A stretch of DNA of 63,946 nucleotides, counting the filler, from Polymyxa betae A26-41 (Eukaryota > Protista > Endomyxa: Phytomyxea): assembly GCA_003693705.1 (NCBI GenBank). It is 5 parts of 5 records of this genome, joined end to end, with 100 filler letters (N's around TTAATTAATTAA, not from the genome) between each part and the next. Parts side by side here need not be neighbours in the genome. Positions count along the whole stretch, not along the records: positions 23,476 to 51,468 come from RBZT01000356.1; 4 more parts are not named here. One strand, 5' to 3'. The position numbers and the translations under genes are program-made. This document shows, in pieces, positions 24,098 to 36,800 of the stretch. Every line of letters begins with the position of its first letter. The first letter of the stretch is position 1. The notes under the pieces were generated by a model. That model did not search any database. It was not told the DNA's origin and saw nothing but the letters and a program-made list of their open reading frames with translations.

Positions 24098-24615
24098 ATG
24101 GCGTCCATCGACGATTTAAAGGCGGTTATCAGGGAGACGCTGGAGACTCGCGGCGTCCTCGGTCAGCTTCAGTCTCGGATCCGCGCCGAGATCTTCAACG
24201 CCTTGGAGGATCGCGTAAGGCCTTGAAGCCTTGGCAACGCCATCTTGACGATCGTCTCCTCCATAGCCCGTTGACAAGCCGAAGCTGTCGAACGACAATC
24301 TCATTATTAACGAGCTGATCCGCGAATACCTCGAATATAATGGTTACTCGAACACTTTGTCTGTGTTTCTGCCAGAAACTGGCCAGCCAAACCCGCCGAC
24401 CTTCGAAACCCAGTTCCTTGAATCGCATCTGCATCTGCGTCCGGCGCTCAGAGATCGAGACTCGCTGCCCCAGTAACAATTATCATTTTTTGTCTTTCAT
24501 AGTTAAATCGTTTGAATGCAGCCCTTTGCTTTATCGAGCTATCAGGAAACTTCATGACCCAACGCCGCCCGTATCTGATCCATGTAAATCACTGATACCT
24601 TCTAGAGGTCGCTGA
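24098..24615 (+). CDS. FOPNL: FOP-related LisH centrosomal/basal-body protein FOR20 (3 exons: 24098-24214, 24267-24472, 24522-24615; ~138 aa)
   Basis: The spliced product is MASIDDLKAVIRETLETRGVLGQLQSRIRAEIFNALEDR PVDKPKLSNDNLIINELIREYLEYNGYSNTLSVFLPETGQP..PLLY, matching the FOR20 pattern. GT-AG introns of 52 and 49 nt keep the frame. The ORF track misses this gene. Confidence 0.93.
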
Positions 24616-24882
24616 CTTTAAGAACACAGATGCGAAACCGACGCCGTCGACTTGGTCGCAGGCACCGGCTGCGAGCGATCACCAAAGGAAGTTGTCAAGC
24701 GCGTCGGTGGACGCTTCGCTGGACCCGGCTACCGGCGACCCGAAACCTCTCTCGTTCATTCATTATTAAAACGCTTTACACTTCAGAAGACGGTTTGTTC
24801 ATGGTCGTGAATTGTTTTAGTTTTTCGCATCTGGAAGAGTTTGAGATTACAAGATTTAGAATGATGACGGCGCAGTTCCTTC

Positions 24883-26348
24883 ATGTCCAAGAGCAAGGCT
24901 GATGTTTACGCCGAGGCTCGGGGTCGAAGGCCTCAGAAGGAGTTTGCCGATCTGTCGGCATTGCTCTGGGGCGCCCTGCGCCGCCGGGCCTGGCAGTCGG
25001 CTGGCGAGGTGCTGCGCGCAATCGGGGCCGTCTTCGATCAGATGCCCATCGATTTCATGAAGGGCGCCGTCGAAGTCACGAGGCGTCGATTCTCGGCCGA
25101 ACGCATCTGTAAATTCCTCAGACAGGTTCAAGCCATTCAGGATAAAAACCCGGGAGAGAATGAGTTCGTGCAGACAAAATATTATGTAGGCTGTGAATGG
25201 TTCCCAATCATGTTTAAAGTTTTCTCTGGTTTTATCTTCATGCTTTGAATTATTATATTCTGCAAATGTTTTCAGTGGTTCCTTGTTCGGTTTCCAGAAA
25301 TGTTATTGAATTTTTGATTTTTCGGTTCGGTAATGATTGGACAGAGGGCGTATATTGTGGCAGAGGTCGCCTTCCATTTGTGTCGTATGGGTTATCTATC
25401 TCAGGCCTATGAGAACATGAAAGCGGCGGCCGTCCACGAAAAGTTCGCCTCGATAGCGTTATTCCATGCTTACACCGGGATCTTAGGCGTTGAACTTGCC
25501 AACAACGCTGCCGATCCGGATAGTCCTGAAAATAGGACCATCCTCAACGATTCCGTCCAAGCCTTACGAAGGGCTCTTGAACTGGCCCATCATTGTGATG
25601 TCGTTCTGCTCTATTTAACAGATGTCGCTGTGCGTTACCCCCATCTCGGTATCGAAGCCCACAATGAGATCGCCCAATTCACTGCGCGAAATCCAACTAG
25701 CCCTTACGCGCGTCGCTTTCATTTCAACTATGTCAAACATCATGGTAGCAATGACGATCTATTTGACGCTGGCTTCGAAGTATTGATGCTGGATCCGGCA
25801 TCTTCTGTATTTAACGATCTCGTCGAACTCTCTGACAAAAACCTTGTTGATCCGGGAAGGATGACGACCCTTTGCATACACCGACTACAGTATACACTGT
25901 TGGACCTGTCAGCCTGGAGGACATTAGCCGTACTGCTTCCGAATGTCAGCGAGGTCACCGTGCCCGAAGACTGGTGGCTTGATATGCATTTTCGACATCC
26001 GCGGGCGCTGGCCCGAGAGCTCGGGCTGCCGTTCGAGGAACCGGAATATATTGGCTCTAATCTTCCAGGTACGATTACAGACCTCGATCGAGTTGCCTGA
26101 TTGTGGTCGTTCACCTTTTGATAGCGCTGTCTAATGACGAATCATCGGAGATTCTGGATGCGCTTGTTTACAAGACCATCTGCGCCAGCTATTTCCTGCA
26201 TGAAGGATCCGAATCGCGGTTCGTGGTGGACACGATCGGAGCTCTGCTTGAAGGCGAACAGATGGGTCGCGTTGATCGAATCCGCGACGGGATTTCCCAG
26301 GCGTCGATGAATCGGGCGAAAAAACGTAGAACGTCGTCCGCTGTGTAA
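24883..26348 (+). CDS. TPR-like protein resembling the RNA Pol I SL1 subunit TAF1A/Rrn11 (~3 exons)
   Basis: AYTGIL, NPTSPYARRFHFNYVK, LSAWRTLAVLL and WWLDMHF parallel TAF1A motifs (AYKGLL, NPNAHIYLYNFLK, AWKYLAKYL, WWPGFHF) in the same order. Introns at ~25162-25346 and ~26069-26124. Confidence 0.65.
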
Positions 26349-26798
26349 AATCTGTTAAAACCAATTTATATTGCTCGGTTTTTTTATTAGCCAACCTTGG
26401 ACATGGATCGGATCCTGCGATGACCTCAAGCGAGATCATTGAAAAGAGAGGTCCATTCTGCGATAGAGTGAAAGAGGCCACGATTGTATGAGAGGCCGTG
26501 CCACTGCGTGATCACTCTCAGTTTCCTCTATACTTATGTTTCCTAATGTCAGGGAATTCTCTTCCACAATTTCTTTCATTATTCGTGAAACGATCAGTTC
26601 AGCTAATGGTGCCGAAGCTGCATGTGAGCAATGATTGGCTCTGACGAATTCGAATTTTCTCAGAGCCTTTTTTTAGGGCCAGCTCAATGGCGCGTGCCTG
26701 GTCAGGTCGTGCGTCATGCTCTGGTGTGGTCTGAGCTGACGCTTCAGGGCCGCCCAGAAACACATTCGGGTTAGAAACCGGGTCGTCGAGGCTCGTCC

Positions 26799-27692
26799 AT
26801 GTTTCGAAATGAGCACGGCGTCCCACATCAGCAATCGTTTGAGGATATCCTGCTCAGCGATAGCCTGAGCGATTTCAATCCGGCACCAATGACAACGATA
26901 GGGACTGATTTCGATTTGGATCTCGATCAGTTAACGAATACCTCCCTCGATATACCCGATTCAGATTGGGACGTCGTAGCCCAATCTGACAACATCCTCG
27001 ATCCGATGTTCGGCTCCAATGCGAAGCCAAATAATCTGTCGTTTCTTCAGCTATCTCCTCCTGCTATGCAGTTTGAGACCCTACCAGATACCAAATTTGC
27101 AACGACAGCAAGCGACCCGGTCCCGGTTCAGCAGCCTGCCAGGTCGTCTCCTTTCTTCCAGCAATCGAACTTCCATCAACAGCAGATTTCAGCCATACCC
27201 CTCCAGTCCGCTATGTACATGCCAGAGAGCCAAACAGGCGTTGTGAGAGCGAAGCTGATTTCAAGCGATTATGGCCAAATGAAGGTTCCATCTCATTACG
27301 AAGTAGCCTCTGCTTCTACTGCTACCGCTGCTAAAACCGGCCTACCTTCATCATCATCTAACATCGCTCATCATGATAAGGAACAGCAAGATCACATCGT
27401 TAACTCATTGTCGGTCTCGCAAATGCTTGCTGTTGCTTCTGCATACGAACACGTATGTCAAGTTGAAGATCTCGATATTGGTTGTGCCAACTGGTTAGCG
27501 TCAACCCCTGAGGCTTCTGAGGTTGATGTTCGGGCGGTCCGAGCCTTGTTTAACCCGGATCGATGGAACTTCGCTAAAGATATCGTGATTCGAGTCGTTA
27601 AAATTGTGGACAGTCTGCGATCGACAGTATCTGTATCGGCACCACAAAAAAGGAAAAATATCCACAAAGTACCTCAAACGAGGAACTTCTAA
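26799..27692 (+). CDS. Hypothetical protein (297 aa), acidic/Q-S-rich N-terminus and helical C-terminus
   Basis: Long intact ATG-initiated ORF in the gene island with no recognised domain. Confidence 0.6.
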   Translation: MFRNEHGVPHQQSFEDILLSDSLSDFNPAPMTTIGTDFDLDLDQLTNTSLDIPDSDWDVVAQSDNILDPMFGSNAKPNNLSFLQLSPPAMQFETLPDTKFATTASDPVPVQQPARSSPFFQQSNFHQQQISAIPLQSAMYMPESQTGVVRAKLISSDYGQMKVPSHYEVASASTATAAKTGLPSSSSNIAHHDKEQQDHIVNSLSVSQMLAVASAYEHVCQVEDLDIGCANWLASTPEASEVDVRAVRALFNPDRWNFAKDIVIRVVKIVDSLRSTVSVSAPQKRKNIHKVPQTRNF

Positions 27693-28987
27693 TTAACTCC
27701 TTACCTAATATATTGCTAAATATTGGTAGATCATAAGCGCTAAGCCCCTACTAGTGAAGTGATGCTCAGGCTCGGCAGGACGATACGTCCTTGGTTGGGT
27801 TTTATGCATTGCAGTGATTAAGCTTGAGGCTGCCTTCAAAAAATGTTATGCAGGTATGCACCTTGGAAACGTTGGAAAGCCGAGAAGACGTTCACGAGGT
27901 TCATTGTCAAAGTTAACCACTTGAACAAAAGGAAACATTCTTCCAAGAGTATGTCCTTGATTCTACCAAAGCTGCGAATCAGATTCCTGCTTTGATTGTG
28001 TTTTATGTAGTTCAGCAAGCTGTTTCTGATCCAATGCCAACAGAGAAACACAGAGAGCAATCTGCAGGGTCCTTTCCGGTATGGATGTCGTAAGCAAAGG
28101 ATGTTAGAAAAGCAGTGCCATTTTGCGACATCGAACTACAACGCAACGCAATCGAACAGACGAGCTACCAACTCTTTTTTTTATAGGTACTGTAAGTCCT
28201 TGAACAAACCACCCAGATTTATCCAATTTAACGCTGCTCGTTATGGAGACAGCCTGCCTTTTCTTGCATCTGTTGCCATCTCCAGTACTTTATGGTCGAA
28301 ACAGGGGTATTTATAACTTTACGACCGTTCTTATCGCTGCCGTAGGATTTTTAAAACTCACAACTCGTTTCAAAATTCTTTGCTTAATGATTTGCCCTAG
28401 TATCTGACAACGAAACCGCTCTAAACTTGTGGTTGCTAAGGCACGCAAACACGGTGGGCAAATAAAGAGCCTTTTCTTCTGCAAATGACAAATATACAAA
28501 ATCGCAACTGTGGCAAAACTTTGTCGAGTTCTCCATCGCATCATTGACCTAAATCGGTATAGGGATTTAATTGAATACAGCCTCATGCACGGCTCCAAAG
28601 ATGGAGAATAGAGATCCAATCTGGAAACGAAGCCCACATCAAAGCCCGAAGGTAATAGAGCACTAGGAAAATCGATACGGCTCTACACTGCACAACCATT
28701 CCATATACTGTCAGAAGGTAGATAGTAAATCCGAGGTCGGGAAACCAATTATGGCCTATGGGGTACCCGGTACAATCAAGTTGCGTATTCCGCTGCTCCA
28801 ATATGCTGATTTGCCTGTCGATATTCTCCAACACTGAATCGGTGCTTGATAATAGACAGTATGTGAGATTGCCAAACACATGTATTGTACACATGTATAT
28901 TAGTACCTATAAGCACTCGGACATTAAGGACCCCAGCTAGTGGGTGAAGATATCCAGTTTGACCGGAATCTCGCTTCGTACAACAGT

Positions 28988-31900
28988 CTACATCGATGAA
29001 AGATGTGCGATCTGGGAGCTTTGCACAGACGCTCGGATTCCCGACCGAGCGTCAACGGTTAATGTTTCGGGCTTTGTGGTCTCCATCATGGCCGTCGCTC
29101 GCTGTTCCATCTTCTGCCGCTTCTCATTCGACATCGATGGCACATTGAACGCCTTCTCCAAGTTATCCAGGAATTTCTTCATGGGCCAGTACGTGCACAG
29201 GAGCGCGATCACCGATGCCAGACATTCGATGCCCATAATCGATCCTTGCAAGAACACTTGCTGGGACAGCATGACGTTGTAGCGATCCTGAGGGACACCC
29301 GTCGCTTGATATGCGTTCAGCATGAGCGGAGTGAGTACGACATCGTCGGTGGAGAAGAAGGGCGAGATACAGACGGTGTCGGATTGACTTTCGATGTTGA
29401 GACCCTCCTGGACGAACATGCCGTCGGTCTGGTATGCGCTCACGATCCCGTCTTCAAGCAGATTCGGATATGTTTTTGTGATATCCACCGAGTAACCGAC
29501 TCGGTCCGAAGTCTGAATCACGTCTTGATATCGAACCAAAATTGGCAGAGTTGAACTGCACAAAACAGTAGAGGAAGCATCAAAATGGAGATAAAAACAC
29601 TGCTGAAACTCCTGGTCTTTGGAAAACAACCAAAGAATGTGCAAAAACGGGGCATGGTAACCTTTCAAAACAGGAACAAACACCATTGTTAATGTAAGAC
29701 ATTCTCGAACTTGATGAAAATCATGGGGGGGGGGGGTTTACAAAAATGAGGCCACTTTCGCAAATGTAAACCATTTTCTTTCGACCAAAGATGAAACGAA
29801 TGATAGAAAATGCAAATCGTGTGAAGTTTTTGCATGTTGAACGTTTTTTTTCGAGCAAGGCTACCTTCAATACACTTGAGACAACGGCGAACTTCTGATT
29901 GAAGCGATCCCATTCAAAAAGCCCTGTACATAATTTGTTTAGAAATCCGCAACTCAAAAAGGGTTCATGTATTACCATAATACCCGGTACCAAACGATTC
30001 AATAATACTGTCCCAGAGAGAAGTCTTGTTATTCAGAATAGTCATCACTACCATAGCACCGACCAGATTGCCCTTTTGTAAGGAATTGGTTGTCGCTATG
30101 ACAATATTAAGAAACCAGTGCGAAAAATAGCCACTCTTTACCATTAAATGTAACGGAAGTAATGGGGGATACAGCGAATTGAATGAAGACCGGCGCATCG
30201 TCCTTATTTGGACGATGCGGGGTGAATTTTTTCACATAGGACTGATGCCAATTCGTGATCGTCGTGAATGTAGCCAGTGCGTCATTTTTAAAGTAGTCCA
30301 TGATGCCGACTTCGGGAAATACCATCCCTTCACTACTCTCATAACTACTTACAATTACAGTGGAGTCTCTATGAAGGAAGATTAAAACTTGAGACCAAAA
30401 GCCGATAGCCGACAAATTTCTGAAAATAAAAGTTGAAGAATGTCCAAACAGGTAAAAAAGGTTTGTAAAATGGAGTAGAAAAAAGGTCGAAAAAAATGTT
30501 CAAAAGAAGGATTTAGAACGACGTACAATCCAATCATGTACATAGCATCGGCGGCGAACAATTGAAATCGCAAATCGAAATCTCTGCGAAAGTCGCTGGT
30601 AACGTTTCGAGCAGTCGCCGCGGAGACCACGGAGCTGAATCCGGTCCAGGAGTGCAAGCTCTCAGAGATAGCGCGAGAGTTATGGGCGACCAAGAATGGA
30701 CCAACACGACCCTAACACTTGAGGTCAGAATGACCACATCAAACGCTACAGTAGACGAGCCTGTGTGGTGGCCGAAGTGAAATGTTCAATCGACGATACT
30801 AGCACGTAACGATTGGCGAATATCAGTCCCAGCAAGACAGCCTGGACCAGCACGGTCTTCGACAGCAGAGCCCAGAACGCGCTTTTGCTCGATTTTAGCT
30901 CTCGGATACGATCATTGAATTCTTTCAATCTGCGATAAAATCATGTCAAAACAAGAACATTTTCAGAAAGCTTTTTGAATTGTCATCCAATCTCGGAACT
31001 AAAATAAAAAACGAATTCAGCATTAAAAACGTGACAGAATTGTTACTTCTTTTTTCTGACTGATTCGATAAGCAGTTTCATGGGATTCAGAAACCTCACA
31101 TCTAAACTTATGTTAGGGTACCGAATCATAAGACGTTACAATCGATGTTACAGGCGAGCTTGAGCGTAACGAAACTCAGTATGGTCATAACGACCCCAAA
31201 CGGAACATGCCACAGCAGGGTGGTACTAACGACCTTCTTGATCGCGTTCTCCGGCTCGGCGTGGATGATGACGGCCGCAGTGGGCGGAATTTGACCCGCA
31301 GTCGTCGATCCGAGTACCGGACCCTGTATCGGCAAAGCACCGAATGTGTATTCGATGTCCCCTGGCAACATGAACAAGACGCAAAACGTAACGTGAAACC
31401 TGTTACCAAGAGATAAACGCCCGATTTGAACAGAGCCGCTGGCGAAGGCATCGTTCAGATAGCCCGAATCGAAATGAGGTAATAGGTCCGGAAACTGAAG
31501 CGGGTAGCCGATATCGCCGGGTTTATTGTACGAGAACTCAGTCTGCCAGGTCCCATTCGAATTCCGAGCCAGCACCGTTACCAGCGACGAAGTCGTTAGA
31601 GATACCAATCGATTCATAATATCATATTTTCGCGGCGTTATGGCATTACCTGACAAATCAAGGTCATGTAGCTTGGCTGGTATTGATTGTTGGACGTACC
31701 CATGACAACGTAGCCGTGTACATTAGCGGTGCCGCAGACTAAAGGCGTTAATACGAGACGGACGAGCGTCTCTGTCGAGTTTCTCCATGAAGATAATTCG
31801 GGATGATATTGCCCTTTAGCGTCAAACACGGATGAGCCCACAGTCACGAACAAGCTAAGCGGCACCATCACAGACACTTGCATCTGAAGCAAAATAAATG

Positions 31901-32749
31901 GAACTGTAAAGATACCTGTAATGAGATTGACCTGTTGACTGGAGTCTGGATATTGCTGGAAGGTATTCGTGACAATATTCTGTGGATTGAAGGTTTGTCC
32001 GAGAGCAGTGGCGGATCCGCCATTGGCCATTATGATGCCATTCGTATCGGTAATGAGCTCGATCTCGTTACGCCTCCCTTGGAGATCGTTCATTAAACGT
32101 TGCTTATACTGATCTTGTGCTGATTTAACTCCTTTGAGCGTCATACAGGACGTAACAAATGTCTGATTCAGAGCAAACAGATTTGCTCCGAGAGTCTGCC
32201 CATCTTATCAGTACAATAAACATATCTCGTCAATACAAAATGTAAAACAAAATATTTTATCGATACAATGAAGAAACAGCATGAAAAAAAGGAAATTTAT
32301 GAAATGCAAACACTTCTGAAGCATTATGTAGAAAACAAAAAGACTTACCAGCCGGGAAAAGACTTCGTTATAACGAAAGCGATAGAATCCCATAATATCG
32401 GTAACACGATCTTCAAGAGCGCCATGCAGGGATTCATTCAGCCAGATCATTTGATAGGCGAGAGCTAGTAGTACAATCACATCTGCGATAATCACCACTA
32501 ATAAAGTCGTCTTCTTAACCGAATCGAGCTTATCCGACTGCTTTTTCTACACGATCGAGATTATAAACCCATTGTTAAGCATGCAGAACAATCTCCAACC
32601 TTAATACGAGAGGTAGTCCCGCTGGAATTCTTGCCATCAGAATCCCTCTGGGTGCTGCTGCTGACGGTACTGGTCGGCTGGTTCGTGGAGGAGTTCCAAG
32701 GCCTCTGCTGTGGAATCGACATCGCGTCTAACGAGCTCTTGACGTCCAT
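28988..32749 (-). CDS. Multi-exon 4-TM membrane protein with two extracellular Cache-like sensor domains and no recognisable output domain
   Basis: TM1 LLVVIIADVIVLLALAYQMIW. Domain 1: LMNDLQGRRNEIELITDTNGIIMANG..GQTFNPQNIV..LVRLVLTP..GYVVMG..VTVLARNSNG..GRLSL(G)DIEYT..AVIIHAEPE. TM2 at ~31140-31220 and TM3 TVLVQAVLLGLIFA. Domain 2: HRDSTVIVSS..EGMVFP..FIQFAVSP..GAMVVMTILNNK..FGTGYYG..TGVPQ. TM4 IMGIECLASVIALLCTYW, then a ~60-aa tail. Confidence 0.75.
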
Positions 32750-32899
32750 GCCGGCCTGCCACCCTCTAACGTCGACGTCAGCCGCCCAGGTTGTATATGA
32801 TCACTTGATCAGGGACATCCCTGTGAAAGCCTTTCGTCATAATTGTCATACAGTGACAGTCATGAACACGATGGTCGCGCTAATGGCTGCGTCCTCACT

Positions 32900-33330
32900 G
32901 CATGTCACATGATCCCTGTGACGTGTCAAATGAACGGAGAGCAGCAGCCCTCTGATTTGGCTGCGCTGCCGTAGAAAGGCGAGCAGGCAAACAAAAGCTC
33001 GGGGAAACAGCTGGCGATTATTGACGAACCCCTGCATCTCAATCAAAAACTGAACGCGAGTGACAAAATTTGGCGAATACTTTGAACAATGTTCTGTCCA
33101 ATGAACAAGTCAAAACCTGATACAAAACTGCAAACACATTTTGTTGATAAACACGGAAAACCTGTGTGGTTGCGGATGTGAGGTTAGCAGCCTTCGACGT
33201 CGAATATGAGACCCAGCCGGACGCCCAGGAATTAGAAGAATCTCGGAGAAAAGCGCGGTCGATCGTACTACGGCTCTGGTCCAGCAAGTTGATGCGTTCG
33301 TTGAATTCTTTCAGCCTGTTAAGAAACGAT
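32900..33330 (-). pseudogene. Degenerate partial paralogue of the 4-TM sensor gene
   Basis: RLKEFNERI...LTSATTQ|gt mirrors exon 30761-30929 (LKEFNDRI...FTSATTQ|gc) with the same donor position. The next exon aligns only weakly and with frameshifts. Confidence 0.55.
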
Positions 33331-33811
33331 TCTGCTGCATACGTAGACGATAAGTCGCCTACGTAATCGGAATGCCCTGTGTGAAGGACAACATGATTTG
33401 CTATTTCCATTTCATTCTACAATGCGCCTTTGCATGTCGAATGGGTGAAGTTATCGTCGTCAAGAATATGCACTCATTTACATCCACGATAAAAAAATAC
33501 GTTCAATCCTTGAATGGCCGTACTGGCCCGCTATCCAATGGAGATATCAGCTGTGATATCTCCGACATGCAGTATTGTATTCACATCTGCAACCTGCAGA
33601 CAGAGTGAAGCAGACGGTTTAGCTCTCATGATTTGCCCTTGGATGGGAATTGTCATAGCTCGGTACCTGACCAGAAAGAATGGTCGATGGGTTAGAAACC
33701 CTAACCGCCTTATGGCGATATTATGATCGAGGTCACTATGAATGCGCCGACTCCTTCTCATTCCAGTCTCTTATAGCTGCGCTGATGACAAGCCACTCTG
33801 CTGGTTGAATC

Positions 33812-36800
33812 TCAGTCTCCTCCCTCCCCCTTGATCAGATAGGCGGATGGGCGAACGTACCTGGAATATGATTGTCATAAACGCTGAGAAGATAGGGAAT
33901 ATGTGTTTGGAAACCCTAATGAGTGTCAAGGTTGAAGTTGAATGTATTAATCGACGTTGATAAATAGGGTTAGGGAATTTAATCCGCTGAATTGCTTGGA
34001 TGACTTTTACCCTTTGGTGGGAATGATTTCGGAAGTTTCTTGCCCTATTGTTTGCGTCTTGAACTTTTCTTTGACGACGGTGACACTCTCTCCCGCTACT
34101 GAATGAGTGTGGCATTCACCTGTCGCCAGATCGATAGTGCACCCGCCAGCAGCCGCATATGGACATTGCGGTAGCAATTGCGGCATGTAGAACTGACTTG
34201 GAAAATGCAGCTCGAAAGGCTTCTCGACGGCGGACTTGATCCATTGCAGTTGAAGCGCGGCATCGGGACAATAGCGCTTGGAAGAATTTCGACTCATGAG
34301 CCTTTTCACCGTACTCGTCACATTAGCTGGTGCGCGAGTTCTTGATAGATTCAGTTCGCCGCGTTTTGCCTAGATAAGATTAGAAGCAATGTGGAGTTGT
34401 TCCAGAGGCCTTACGGCCGTGGTATCAAGATGACACGATTCAGGTGTCAATAGGCGATAGATCATGGCACCAGCACTCCACATATCGGCTTTGGTATTAT
34501 ATCGCGAGCCTTGTTCAACTTCCGGAGCCACGTAGGAAAGCGTCTCACGATCCAACGCCGAGATGTGGAATTTTCTCAAACCGATATCGACCATCTATAA
34601 AATCCATCAGTGATGGGCATACAGGACACCAAACAGCAAAGTCTCCAAAAAAAATTAGAAAGGAAGTTGATCTTCCGAACAAAAAAGCAAACGCGTTTAA
34701 ACGTTTTTTAGCTGGAAAACCAGCTCAAATGAAAAGCCATCAGAACCGATTACCTGAATACGATGCTGCCTCAGTTTATCTAAGTGCAGAAGGATATTAC
34801 AAGGTCCCAAAACCCTAAACTTTCATATGAGAACGGCTGTACATTTGAGTACATGATTCGGATTACCCAAGGGCCATGCCGTGAGAATGCAAATATTTCA
34901 GGCCAGAAAAGACCTGACGCATGATCAAGGCAACACTGTTAAGCGACAGGACGCCGCACGCTCGAATGAGTTCATCAAGATGGACCCACCCTAAAAAATA
35001 TCATTTTCAACCAAACAAACAGTTGCATCCTAAACATCGGAAACAGTTTTTCGAGAAATAACCAACAGTCCGCAGCAGCAATTCATAAACAAAACAAAGT
35101 TCAAAAATTGATGAAGTTATGGGAACCCGAAATGACAATTACGTGGGATATGACGACGTATGACATAGATCTTGTAACGGTCTTCGTAGATAGCGACGGT
35201 GGAAGCGATGCATGGATGCTCGGCGAACCGAAGAACTCCAGCCTCCGTCCTTAGGGCGGCCAGGTCGGTCTCTTTAACCACTACAATATTGAAATCAAAA
35301 TAAGTTCACAGCACAATCGAACATATACGAACTCAATTTGTCGATATATTTCATCATGTATCGTTTGCCGGTATGAGCTCCTTTACATTCGAACACGTTG
35401 GGAAGACAAGGATGCACGACATGGCTCATATGATAATGTTCCTATGAGCATGAGTGAGAAGAACGACATTGCTGAAAAGCCAACAACAAAAGATGCTGCT
35501 AGAAAACCAGAGGAAAAGAAAGATCAAATCCAAAAATGTTCTGGGAAAGTGCAGCAAAAGCAACTTGTAGAACCAGGAGTCAGTAAAAGAAAGGCAAATG
35601 CAGAAGGCAGTCCAGAATACCAAAAACTCATTCAAAAGAGACCAAGATTCATTCAAAAAGAGAGAAAACTGAAAACTCCAGAACGCTCCAAATCTCATAA
35701 AGAGCCATTACCGCAAGAATGAAATTTCGGGAAGCAACCCGGATAGCTTTCACCCATGTATCGCGTTGTTCAGCAGTGTACACGAAGATGATTCGGGAAA
35801 TGTTCGACAGAGCTGAGACTAATCGAAAGGCGAACCGTGGCCGGGCGTTGTTGGGCAAGATAGGGTCGGAAACCTCTTCTCCCGTAACGAACGGGTTACA
35901 TGTCGCTCCAGACAGCGGCAGCACTAAATTTGGCTTCACAGATTCCTCTGTATGGAACGAGTACATCATGTTATTTCGAATCACGATCCAGCGTCGTTTC
36001 AAGCGCTAGAAAACCGTCACGAATCCAAACACATGAAGTAGTGACAGCTTACTCTCAAAAACCAGGTTTGCTTGAAGACGTAGCCGTGCATGGTCGCCGT
36101 ACTGCAAACATTGCTCTCGTGTTCCCCAATGAGAAGGTTTCGATCAGGATCGTCGCAATCGAAGTCGGATTGACGATAAAAGTTCAACGTGTGAATACAC
36201 GACGACGTCTCAGGTCCAGAGATACTGCAGATCATGTTAACACCTTGTATAATGATATCATGATAGAAGATTACCAATATTGAGGTGTTAAGGCTCGATC
36301 TAGGCAAACATAGCTATCAAGATTATGTGCATTCATACTATAGAGAGAATCAGCATTCGTATCAGGCGTTGTAAAACACGAAATTACCAGTATTCAGGGA
36401 AGGTGTATCGATGAAGGCACAGAAAGGTCCCTGCTACCGGGCATGTCTCGCAATCAGCGACATCGGTGGACGAGACCATCGGCATGATATGGAATCTCTG
36501 GTTCGGGATGACAGGCGGTAGATACGGGTCGGAGCAATGGCAGAGCAGGTCGCCAGATCGAATGGCGATCTCCAGGACGAAGGTTCGTAAATCGGCAAAA
36601 GTATCATGCTTGTCAACCTGACGTCAATGTTGAGGAATCGCCGAATACAGAGGCACACTCTAGCATTACCAGACCATACAAATCACCGGCCGGGATGAAG
36701 CCCGGTTTACCTCCATCATCCATAATCGTGTCAGCGATCTCTCTTGCCTGAATACATTCCTTCAGCACAAATGGCTGTGAAAAGAGACACAAAACATTGG

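Noticed and set aside
27800-28950. Output domain exons for the 4-TM sensor
   Set aside because: The sensor frame ends in TAG at 28988; downstream frames are stop-ridden with no RGS, kinase or cyclase motifs.
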